Positions 17,772 to 26,678 of a stretch of 59,483 bases of DNA are shown here, piece by piece. The number at the start of each line of letters is the position of its first letter. Position 1 is the first letter of the stretch. This stretch comes from Bdellovibrionales bacterium. Lineage in GTDB: Bacteria > Bdellovibrionota > UBA1018 > CAIMNF01. Where the stretch lies: assembly GCA_040379745.1 (NCBI GenBank), contig JBEIKL010000001.1:1-59483 (forward strand). Reading direction: 5' to 3'. A program made the position numbers and the translations under genes. A model generated the notes under the pieces. The model did no database searches. It saw nothing but the letters and a program-made list of their open reading frames with translations, and was not told the origin of the DNA.

Positions 17772-17875
17772 ATGCCTTCTGTCATTCCTGGAATCAGCAG
17801 ATTCGATCGTTGAAATTTCAACTTCCGTTGTCTCCATCCCCCCGCTACCATGAGGGAAAGAGGAGCTCCATCCAC

Positions 17876-18982
17876 ATGAATCACCGGATCGTAGTGAAAG
17901 TCGGTTCGCTTGCCGTGACCGATGAAAAAGGCGGCGTCAGTCCGCAAAAAATCAAATCACTCATCGATGATCTGCAGCTTCTCCGTAAGCAGGGCTTTCA
18001 GCCCATCCTGGTTTCTTCCGGCGCGATCAACACCGGTCGCATGAAAGTTTCAAAACCCGAGGCCAAGAAGCAGATGATTTCCTACCAGCAATCCTGTGCG
18101 GCGGTAGGGCAACCGTTGCTGATGAAGGCTTACCTTGATGCGCTCGAGCGCCATTCCTGGTCCTGTGCCCAGATCCTGGTCACGCATGATGACTTCAAGG
18201 AACGTAAACGGTTTCTCAACATCCGGAACACACTGAACCATCTTTTGGATCAGGGCATTCTTCCCATCGTGAATGAAAACGACACGGTTTCATTCGAGGA
18301 AATCACGGTGGGTGACAACGATCAGCTTGCCGTAATGATCACCGAAGCCAGCGATGCCGAAAAACTCCTGCTTTTGTCAGAAGCGGATGGATTATTCGAC
18401 AAAAACCCGAACGAACCCGATGCAAAACGGTTTGACGAAGTCGATTTCCGGGATGATTTTTCATCCGTAAAAATCGCGGCCAAAACTTCGGTCGGTCGAG
18501 GTGGAATGGACACCAAACTCAAGGCTGTGCGCAAACTCACTCCGCTGGGAGTGGATGTGGTTCTCGGTAGTTTTCTTTTTGATCATCCGGTCACCCGCCT
18601 GCTTGCAAAAAAGGGTGGCACGCTTTTCCGCGGAAATCCGGTTCGTCAGAAATCCCGTCGCAAATCCTGGCTCTCGACGGTGGTCAAGAATGATTGTTCA
18701 GTGGTGATCGATGAGGGTGCTGCACGCGCACTGACGTCGAGAAACACCTCTCTGCTTCCGGTCGGAATCCGCAAGGTGCAGGGTAGATTCAAGCGAGGAG
18801 ATGTGATTCAGATCCGACACCGAAGCAAGGTGCTGGCAGTAGGGCTCAGTGAATATGATCACCGCGATCTCGAGCGGATCAAGGGAATCCAGTCTTCCGA
18901 ACTCGATTCGGTTCTGGACCATGTGCACTCCGAAGTCGCGATCCACAAGGACAACCTGTTACTGAAAAAGGATGAAGCATGA
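17876..18982 (+). CDS. proB: glutamate 5-kinase with a C-terminal PUA domain
   Basis: I chose the ATG at 17876 because of the AGGAG at 17861-17865. Motifs IVVKVGSLAVTDEKGG and VSSGAINTG. ATGA-type overlap with proA. Confidence 0.9.
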   Translation: MNHRIVVKVGSLAVTDEKGGVSPQKIKSLIDDLQLLRKQGFQPILVSSGAINTGRMKVSKPEAKKQMISYQQSCAAVGQPLLMKAYLDALERHSWSCAQILVTHDDFKERKRFLNIRNTLNHLLDQGILPIVNENDTVSFEEITVGDNDQLAVMITEASDAEKLLLLSEADGLFDKNPNEPDAKRFDEVDFRDDFSSVKIAAKTSVGRGGMDTKLKAVRKLTPLGVDVVLGSFLFDHPVTRLLAKKGGTLFRGNPVRQKSRRKSWLSTVVKNDCSVVIDEGAARALTSRNTSLLPVGIRKVQGRFKRGDVIQIRHRSKVLAVGLSEYDHRDLERIKGIQSSELDSVLDHVHSEVAIHKDNLLLKKDEA

Positions 18983-20169
18983 ACACGCTCGAGCTGGCTC
19001 AAAAAGCGAAGGAATCCTGCGCAACCTTGCAGGGCCTTGACGAATCGATCCGGATCCAGGCGTTGAATCAAGTCTCAAAGGCGTTGATGGAAAACGAGCA
19101 GGCGATCCTTGCAGCCAATGAAAAAGATCTTGCGGATGCGAAATCAAACGGATTGGGATCGGCCATGATCGATCGTCTCACGTTGAGTGCGAAGTCCGTT
19201 CAGTCGCTTGCCAGAATGTGTTTGGAAGTTGCCGGTCAAAAACAAGTCGTCGGTCTGATCACTCATTCCCAAACGCGTCCGGACGGTCTGGTCATCGAAA
19301 AACAGCGCATCCCTCTCGGCGTGATCGGAATGATTTTCGAATCCCGACCGAATGTCGTGGTCGATGGCGCGGCTCTCGCAATCAAATCCGGCAACGCGAT
19401 CATTTTAAAGGGTGGCAAAGAAGCTCGTCATTCCAATCGTATTCTTTTTGAGACGATTCAGCAGGCAATTCTTGGCATTTTGCCCGAAGGTGCGGTCAGT
19501 CTGATCGAGTCACGCGAGGAAGTGGCCGAGTTGTTGAAACTGGATCAGTACATCGATCTGATGGTGCCCCGTGGTGGTTCCACTTTGGTGCAATTCGTGA
19601 AGGCCCATGCGACGATGCCGGTCGTCGCGCATGACAAAGGGCTATGTCATTTGTATGTCCATGCCGACTGTGAAGTTGATGCGGTGAAGGTCGTGTTGAA
19701 TGCGAAAATCCAGCGACCGGGGGTTTGCAATGCTCTGGAAACCCTGATTTTGAATCAGGGTTATCCTCGTTGTTTGGAAATCATCAAGGCATTGAAGGAA
19801 GCAGGAGTAGAGGTCAAGGATCCTGCGAGTGATGAGGATTTCTCGACCGAGTGGCTCGACAAAAAAATCTCCATCAAGTGGGTGAAGGATCATCATGAGG
19901 CGATCGCGCACATTCAGAAGTATTCTTCCCATCACACGGAATCGATTCTCGCGAAGGATCCCCGCGTGATCGAGGATTTCATGAATGCCTTGGATTCATC
20001 CTGCATTGCGATCAATGCATCAACCCGATTCAATGACGGGGGCGAGCTGGGGCTGGGTGCCGAGCTTGGGATTTCCACATCGAAGCTCCATGCTTATGGC
20101 CCGATGGGAGCCGAGGAAATGACCACCACCCGTTTTGTGGTGCGCGGACAAGGACATCTGCGCGGTTAG
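18979..20169 (+). CDS. proA: gamma-glutamyl phosphate reductase
   Basis: ESRPNVVVDGAALAIKSGNAIILKGGKEA and the catalytic Cys block GVCNALETLIL. Confidence 0.92.
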   Translation: MNTLELAQKAKESCATLQGLDESIRIQALNQVSKALMENEQAILAANEKDLADAKSNGLGSAMIDRLTLSAKSVQSLARMCLEVAGQKQVVGLITHSQTRPDGLVIEKQRIPLGVIGMIFESRPNVVVDGAALAIKSGNAIILKGGKEARHSNRILFETIQQAILGILPEGAVSLIESREEVAELLKLDQYIDLMVPRGGSTLVQFVKAHATMPVVAHDKGLCHLYVHADCEVDAVKVVLNAKIQRPGVCNALETLILNQGYPRCLEIIKALKEAGVEVKDPASDEDFSTEWLDKKISIKWVKDHHEAIAHIQKYSSHHTESILAKDPRVIEDFMNALDSSCIAINASTRFNDGGELGLGAELGISTSKLHAYGPMGAEEMTTTRFVVRGQGHLRG

Positions 20170-20181
20170 AATGAAAATACC

Positions 20182-21408
20182 CTAATAACTGCTGCTTTCG
20201 CCTGACTTGAATTGGTCCGGACAACGTTGTTTCAGGAAAACTTCATGGTATTTCTTGTTGTACCAGCCACCTTCAAAGCAAATGGATTCTTCGCCTTCGC
20301 AATCCTGATAAACGCGACCGTTCTCGCTTTTGCACGTTTTTGAAGGTGATTTCTGTTCGCATTTTTCCGGTTTGTTGAGAATCGCGTTGATATTCTCGAT
20401 TTTCTTCACGCTTTCGGTAAGAGTGATCTTGGCATCTTCGTTGCGATTGACGATGATTCCGGATTGCGCCAGTGCCGATTCTTTCATCATTTGATTCGAA
20501 CTGATGAAGTCGAGTCCAAGGCATTTGCCCAAGTCGATCAATAGCGGAATCGCTTCCTTGTTGATGGTTTTGATGTCATGGAACAATGCGATTTTTACTC
20601 CGGGTTTTCCCTCTCCGTCGCAGAGTTGCTCGAGGTTGGTCAGGAGATATTGGGTCGGATCAGTCACACCATTCACCGAGTCTCTCGAGTCGTGATTCCA
20701 GCCCACGTGAGTGAATCCTTCATCGCCCAGGGTATCCAATGCTCCGCTCTTCAGTCGGTATTCACGAATCCTGCCTTCATACTGATTCGATGAGAAACTC
20801 ATCAGTTTTTTTTCAGCCATGTGATTCAGTTCCGTGCGGGAGGGCATGGCTCCACGGCCATAAGGGAACCGATAGAACAGATGTTTCTGTTTTGAAAACC
20901 CGCCATGAGTGGCTTGATCCAGCAACTGTTTGCTCTTTTGAACTTGTTCCAATCGTTGCTGTTCGGTGAATCCGGATTGTACCACTCCGCCGACAATTCT
21001 GAGGTCATAGGCCTCGTGTAAGTGACCGTGACTGGCCACCGTGTGTCCCTCTTTGAGTTCTCTGGCAACGATATCTCGGTTCTTTTGCTGCCGATCGGAT
21101 TCAAGATTGGTCGTGGTGACAAAGAATGTGGCTTGGACTTTTCGTTTGCTCAACTCGTCGAGGAGAAAGGGAGTGACTTTATCATTCGGGCCATCATCAA
21201 AGGTGAGGTGAACCCTGTTTTTCTGGCAGGAAAAGGGCTTCTGATTGAAGCGCTCCAAAACAGTTCGACCCAATCCTTCCTGGCTGAGAATAGTACAGGC
21301 GCTGAGTGCTTCAGCGGGACGAGCGGAGTTCGCAGGCTTCGCGGTTTGTGCGTAGCCAATGGTTCCCCATGCACTGAAAATCGAAAGCCAGAGAATGAAT
21401 GCCCTCAT
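20182..21408 (-). CDS. secreted polysaccharide/peptidoglycan deacetylase (NodB domain) with a Cys-rich C-terminal module
   Basis: Signal peptide MRAFILWLSIFSAWGTIGYA. NodB motifs VHLTFDDGPNDKVTPF...ATFFV and ASHGHLH. The C-terminal ~60 aa carry 6 Cys (KCEQKSPSKTCKSENGRVYQDCEGEESICFEGGW...RCPDQ). Confidence 0.8.
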   Translation of the reverse strand: MRAFILWLSIFSAWGTIGYAQTAKPANSARPAEALSACTILSQEGLGRTVLERFNQKPFSCQKNRVHLTFDDGPNDKVTPFLLDELSKRKVQATFFVTTTNLESDRQQKNRDIVARELKEGHTVASHGHLHEAYDLRIVGGVVQSGFTEQQRLEQVQKSKQLLDQATHGGFSKQKHLFYRFPYGRGAMPSRTELNHMAEKKLMSFSSNQYEGRIREYRLKSGALDTLGDEGFTHVGWNHDSRDSVNGVTDPTQYLLTNLEQLCDGEGKPGVKIALFHDIKTINKEAIPLLIDLGKCLGLDFISSNQMMKESALAQSGIIVNRNEDAKITLTESVKKIENINAILNKPEKCEQKSPSKTCKSENGRVYQDCEGEESICFEGGWYNKKYHEVFLKQRCPDQFKSGESSSY

Positions 21409-21432
21409 CCTCTGGCTTATCGGTAAACCGTC

Positions 21433-21463
21433 AAAAAAACATGAGTGGCGGGTTCGAAACCCG
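21433..21463 (-). terminator. possible weak intrinsic terminator after fbaA
   Basis: The minus strand reads CGGGTTtcgAACCCG (6-bp stem), followed 9 nt later by T7. It lies 12 nt after the fbaA stop. Confidence 0.3.
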
Positions 21464-21474
21464 TTTCCGACTAA

Positions 21475-22539
<1,065 letters not shown>

Positions 22540-22641
22540 AGTTCTCTAAATTACCCCTTGAATTCGATGAAAGTCAATGCGAGCGACTCAATCAAACGCA
22601 TTGATATTCATCAGGATTACGTCAGGCGTCATGATTCCCGA

Positions 22642-22669
22642 TTGACTTCGACAGGTTTTAATTTAAAAT
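22642..22669 (+). promoter_or_regulatory. sigma-70-type promoter, TTGACT-16 nt-TAAAAT, upstream of DUF47-pit
   Basis: attgacttcgacaggttttaatttaaaatatc. The -10 element ends 10 nt before the ATG at 22680, giving a very short leader. Confidence 0.35.
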
Positions 22670-22679
22670 ATCTTCACTT

Positions 22680-23309
22680 ATGGTCATGAAAAGATTCTTC
22701 CCGAAGCAGCCCAACTTTTTCAAAATTCTTTCGAAGATGGCGGACCTCTCCTGGAGCGTATCCCAAGAGTTCGAGAAGTTCCTCGATCCGAAAAACTCTG
22801 CAAAAGAGGTCGCTACACAGGTTGCGAACATCGAACACGAAGCGGACGATCACGTACGCGACTCGATCAAACTGCTGGCCGACACCTTCATCACTCCGAT
22901 CGAGCGCAATGACCTTCATGCTCTTTTTGTCGCTACGGATGAGGTGATCGATCTTTATCACGCGGCTTCTCAGCGTTACTACAGCTACAACATGGCCGGT
23001 ATGTCGGCGGGAGCCAATAATCTCGTGAAACTCACCTCGAATTGCGTGCGCGAATTCCAAGAGTTGATCCATCGCCTTGAAGAGATCGATTCCCCGGAAC
23101 ACATCGAGAAAATCATCGCATCCATTCACAAGATTGAAAAAGCCGCTGACCATGAAATGCGTTCTTCGTTGGCTGCTTTGTATGATTCCGGTGCAAGCGT
23201 TGCTCAGATTTTCAAGGAACGGGACATGATTCTCGTTCTCGAGCGCATCACCGATCAGATCGAACGCGTGACCCGTTTGATCGAGTCTGTTGTTCTTGAT
23301 AAAGCCTGA
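22680..23309 (+). CDS. DUF47-family (PhoU-like) phosphate transport regulator
   Basis: ~205-aa all-helical acidic protein immediately upstream of a PiT transporter, which is the usual DUF47-Pit pairing. Confidence 0.7.
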   Translation: MVMKRFFPKQPNFFKILSKMADLSWSVSQEFEKFLDPKNSAKEVATQVANIEHEADDHVRDSIKLLADTFITPIERNDLHALFVATDEVIDLYHAASQRYYSYNMAGMSAGANNLVKLTSNCVREFQELIHRLEEIDSPEHIEKIIASIHKIEKAADHEMRSSLAALYDSGASVAQIFKERDMILVLERITDQIERVTRLIESVVLDKA

Positions 23310-23331
23310 TCCTCGTTAAGGAGACCCCATC

Positions 23332-24318
23332 ATGGATTACTCAACACTGCTGATCATCGCCATCGTGTTTGCATTGGCCTTTGACTTCATCAACGGCTTC
23401 CATGATGCGGCCAACTCGGTAGCCACCATTGTCGCCACCCAGGTCCTGAAGCCCCATTGGGCTGTTCTTTGGGCAGCATTCTTCAATTTCATCGCCTTCA
23501 TGTTTTTTGAGCTCAAGGTGGCCACCACGATCGGAAAGGGCGTGATCGATCCGAAGATCGCCGACACCACGTTGGTGTTGTCGACCCTCATCGGTGCCGT
23601 CACTTGGAACCTGGTCACTTGGTATTGGGGCTTGCCATCCAGTTCATCTCACGCCTTGATCGGTGGCCTCGTTGGTACTGCCATCGCCAAAGCAGGAACG
23701 AGTGCACTCAATTGGGAAGGGCTGACTAAAATCTTTTTCTCGATCGTCGGTTCCCCTTTGTTCGGATTGATTCTCGGATTCCTGTTGATGAAGTTGATTC
23801 GCATGATTGTTCAATACGGAAAACCGCGGTCCATCGATGGCTGGTTCCGAAAACTTCAATTGGTATCGGCCGCTCTCTACAGTCTCGGTCATGGTGGTAA
23901 TGATGCTCAAAAAACCATGGGGATCATCACTGTTTTGTTGATCGCGAACGGCCACCTCGGCGCGAATGATCAGACTCCGTTTTGGGTGGTTCTGACCTGT
24001 CAGTTGGCGATGGGAATCGGTACTTTGTTCGGGGGTTGGAAAATCGTGAAGACCATGGGGATGAAGCTGACGAAGCTGAAACCGATCGGTGGCTTCTGCG
24101 CAGAAACCTCCGGTGCTGCGACCTTGTTCCTGGCGACCTCACTGGGGATTCCGGTTTCCACCACTCACACCATCACCGGATCCATCGTTGGGGTAGGGTC
24201 TGCGGACTCTGCTAAAAAAGTGAAATGGGATATTGCTGGCCGCATCGTCTGGGCCTGGATCTTCACCATTCCTGCTTCGGGGCTGATCGGCGCCGCTTCT
24301 TATCTCCTGTTGAAATAG
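23332..24318 (+). CDS. pit: inorganic phosphate transporter, PiT family
   Basis: Duplicated PiT signatures INGFHDAANSVATIV and GHGGNDAQKTMGII. Polytopic membrane protein. Confidence 0.9.
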   Translation: MDYSTLLIIAIVFALAFDFINGFHDAANSVATIVATQVLKPHWAVLWAAFFNFIAFMFFELKVATTIGKGVIDPKIADTTLVLSTLIGAVTWNLVTWYWGLPSSSSHALIGGLVGTAIAKAGTSALNWEGLTKIFFSIVGSPLFGLILGFLLMKLIRMIVQYGKPRSIDGWFRKLQLVSAALYSLGHGGNDAQKTMGIITVLLIANGHLGANDQTPFWVVLTCQLAMGIGTLFGGWKIVKTMGMKLTKLKPIGGFCAETSGAATLFLATSLGIPVSTTHTITGSIVGVGSADSAKKVKWDIAGRIVWAWIFTIPASGLIGAASYLLLK

Positions 24319-24455
24319 TTCTCGGAATACATCGACGTATCGTTGCGCCCTTTGTGTCTTTTCTTATTAGTGTGAATCATTGAAATCACCAGAAATCACT
24401 CTTCTGAGCCTTTTTTGTATGGTTTGTTGGTCTGTCTGAATTGCGGACATGCCAT

Positions 24456-24540
24456 GGAGGCAAGGAGGCAAGGAGGCAAGGAGGCAAGGAGGCAAGGAGG
24501 CAAGGAGGCAAGGAGGCAAGGAGGCAAGGAGGCAAGGAGG
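24456..24540. repeat. perfect 8-nt tandem repeat, (GGAGGCAA) x 10.6
   Basis: 24461-24540 is exactly ten copies of CAAGGAGG, preceded by GGAGG. The repeat is intergenic, between pit and tRNA-Leu. Confidence 0.97.
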
Positions 24541-24658
24541 GCTCCCGAAGTAACAAGCCATTCTGTAGAGCAATCGTTTAAAGATGAGTATTTTAAGGCA
24601 AGCTGAAATGTAAATCTCAACTTAGGTCTGAAATGAAATCAAAAGGGCGATTTTTAGA

Positions 24659-24744
24659 TGGTGCCGAAGGTCGGACTCGAACCGACACATCCGTGAAGAT
24701 ACTGGATTTTGAATCCAGCGCGTCTACCATTCCACCACTCCGGC
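24659..24744 (-). tRNA. tRNA-Leu (anticodon CAA), class II with a long variable arm and an encoded CCA
   Basis: The reverse complement reads GCCGGAG-TG-...-CTGGA TTCAAAA TCCAG-(long arm)-GTCGG TTCGAGT CCGAC-CTTCGGC-ACCA. The 7-bp acceptor stem includes one G-U pair. U33 and A37 flank the CAA anticodon. Confidence 0.93.
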
Positions 24745-24845
24745 ACAAATAGAAATAGGTTTAAGTACCGTAGCACCACCCGTCGTGAAAATCAAACAAT
24801 CGTCATGTTTAAATTACGCTCACGCACCGCGCAATGATTAAGTTT

Positions 24846-24866
24846 CTCAATCCGTGGTGGATTGAG
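24846..24866 (-). terminator. perfect 8-bp hairpin downstream of ldcA; possible terminator or processing site upstream of tRNA-Leu
   Basis: CTCAATCC gtggt GGATTGAG, 25 nt after the ldcA stop. No clear U-tract follows. Confidence 0.3.
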
Positions 24867-24890
24867 TGCTAAAGCTTGAAACGAATTCGA

Positions 24891-25940
24891 TTAAACGAGC
24901 TTGAGGTTCCCTTTGGAATCCAGGGTATAGCGCAACCCCATGCCGAGGGCGTGGTAGTTCGGTCCGTGACCCACGGGTGCATTCTTCCAGACCGGAATAC
25001 CGGTCTTTTCACCAATCAGTCGAAATACAAAATCCAAGGCTTCTTCTGAAGGGTAGATCTTGCGGATGGGGCGGTCGTTCACTTTCATCACGGAGTCATG
25101 GCAATCGAGAAAATCCCCCAGGATGATCGCCTTCACGCCTTTCAGGCCACCAGCCTGTTCTAGGTGATGAATCATGCGGTTGATGCGGGGAATGTTTTCC
25201 TGGATCTCTTCCAGAAAAAGGATTTTTCCACGGGCATTGCCTGCAAACGGGGTGCCGATCAGTGAGTTCCAAACAGCAAGGTTTCCGCCCACGATCGGTG
25301 CAGTGATCGGTTTTTTTTCCAATGACTTCGGCACAAATACCGGCTTCAGTGAAGAGAAATTCGATGCGCTCAAGGGGGAGGCTTTTTTTCCGCGTGTAGC
25401 GACTTCGATCTGTTCCATGATGCTGGCCCACTCGGTGTCCTTCAGGTTCGTGAACACGGTATTGCTCGGCATCGGGGAATGAATCGCATTCCATCCCCAA
25501 TTCACTCGGGTGAACTCCAGAAGCGCAGTCGCATCGCTATATCCCAAAAAGGTTTTTGGAGATGGCTTTTTGCGAAGACTCGCTTTCTTGAGATAGGGAA
25601 GCAGGTGAGTTGCTCCGTAACCGCCACGCGCACACCAGATCAGATCCAGATCATCGCGATAAGCGAAATCCAAAAACGCCTTGGCACGAGTTTCATCATC
25701 AGCCGGATAAAAATAATCCTGGCCCAATACGGTCGGGTGCACTTCGACGTCGAATCCGGCCGCCTCCAAGTGAGCCACGCCTTTTTTGAAATCCTCTGCA
25801 GGGACGACGGATGAAGGTGCAATGATGCCGATTCGGAGCGCTTGATCGGGTTCCGACTGTTTGCCCTTGTTTATCGCTGAAGAAATGGGTTTTTTCTTCA
25901 TCTGTTTTTTCACTGTAGTCTTCGTTGCTGTTTTTTTCAT
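24891..25940 (-). CDS. ldcA: LD-carboxypeptidase (S66 family) with a Lys-rich N-terminal extension
   Basis: FLGYSDATALL nucleophile-Ser block and the S66 overall layout. The N-terminus reads MKKTATKTTVKKQMKKKPISSAINKGKQ. Confidence 0.8.
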   Translation of the reverse strand: MKKTATKTTVKKQMKKKPISSAINKGKQSEPDQALRIGIIAPSSVVPAEDFKKGVAHLEAAGFDVEVHPTVLGQDYFYPADDETRAKAFLDFAYRDDLDLIWCARGGYGATHLLPYLKKASLRKKPSPKTFLGYSDATALLEFTRVNWGWNAIHSPMPSNTVFTNLKDTEWASIMEQIEVATRGKKASPLSASNFSSLKPVFVPKSLEKKPITAPIVGGNLAVWNSLIGTPFAGNARGKILFLEEIQENIPRINRMIHHLEQAGGLKGVKAIILGDFLDCHDSVMKVNDRPIRKIYPSEEALDFVFRLIGEKTGIPVWKNAPVGHGPNYHALGMGLRYTLDSKGNLKLV

Positions 25941-25988
25941 GCGGATTTCCTTGCTGATTTTTTCAACGATTTTTCGCGACGGTTTTCC

Positions 25989-26645
25989 TCACAGCTGTTT
26001 TCTCAGGAACTCAATCGACCGTTGGTCTTCAATGCTGACCCAGAACAGGTCCTCGGCTTGCAGTCCGTAATCGGAAAGTGCGGCGACGACTTCTTTCTTT
26101 CGACGGGCACGGTCCGATTGTGTTTTCAATTTATCGGTTTTGGTCAGGATCACCCGCACCGGTATTCCTTGTTGAAGAATATAGTCCAGGGCTTGCAGGT
26201 CATCCGGAGTAGGGCCCAGTCGACTGTCAAACAGGATCAGCACGCATTCCAGTCCCGTGTCCTGGGTAATGTATGACCCGATCAGTTTCGACCACTCCTG
26301 CTGTTCTGCCTTCGGAACTTTGGCGAATCCATAGCCGGGAAGGTCGGCAACGATTTTACCGATCTTCTCCCAAAGAAAGAAATGAATCGCCTTGGTCTTG
26401 CCCGGGGTTTGAGATACCCGCGCCACCCGCTGTTGCATCAGTGAATTGATGAGTGAGCTTTTGCCCACATTCGAACGTCCGACCATCGCGATCCGCGGTT
26501 GGGCGTATCCTTTGAAAAACCCGTCTTTCACGAGTTTCGGAATCTGGGCAGTGTCGGCCAATGTAACAATGAAGGGATCTTTTGTGGTCATCTCCCCACA
26601 AGTTACCATGAACGACCCCTTAAAATCGAGAACGAAGGATGGCAT
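25989..26645 (-). CDS. engB: ribosome biogenesis GTP-binding protein EngB/YsxC
   Basis: G1 MVGRSNVGKSSLINSL, G3 DLPGYGFA and G4 LTKTDKL. The true start is possibly the ATG at 26609 or 26591. Confidence 0.88.
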   Translation of the reverse strand: MPSFVLDFKGSFMVTCGEMTTKDPFIVTLADTAQIPKLVKDGFFKGYAQPRIAMVGRSNVGKSSLINSLMQQRVARVSQTPGKTKAIHFFLWEKIGKIVADLPGYGFAKVPKAEQQEWSKLIGSYITQDTGLECVLILFDSRLGPTPDDLQALDYILQQGIPVRVILTKTDKLKTQSDRARRKKEVVAALSDYGLQAEDLFWVSIEDQRSIEFLRKQL

Positions 26646-26678
26646 GCGGGTTGCTCAAGGGGATCCCGAGGAGTGACT

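Noticed and set aside
17190-17837. A 215-aa minus-strand ORF competing with the 175-aa plus-strand ORF at 17244-17771.
   Set aside because: The plus-strand ORF has a purine-rich RBS and a clean signal peptide. The minus-strand ORF has neither and would run into the proB promoter region.
24456-24540. Possible CRISPR array.
   Set aside because: The 8-nt units are directly abutting with no spacers, and no cas genes are present. It is a microsatellite, not a CRISPR array.
24367-24620. Small ORFs crossing the octamer repeat. They encode (LPPCLLAS)n on the minus strand or (EARRQGGK)n on the plus strand.
   Set aside because: They are open only because the repeat lacks stop codons. The unit is not a multiple of 3, there is no convincing start context, and the flanks are unconserved in appearance. 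I treat the locus as a non-coding simple sequence repeat, though translation cannot be excluded.
24659-24890. tRNA-Leu as an integration site for a genomic island or prophage.
   Set aside because: There is no integrase, transposase or phage gene on either side. I could not spot a direct repeat of the tRNA 3' end. The flanking genes (pit, ldcA, engB) are housekeeping.
26499-26678. An N-terminal 60-codon extension of the sigma-54 activator ORF.
   Set aside because: It overlaps the engB 5' region on the opposite strand. The ATG at 26679 has a GAGGAG RBS at ideal spacing.
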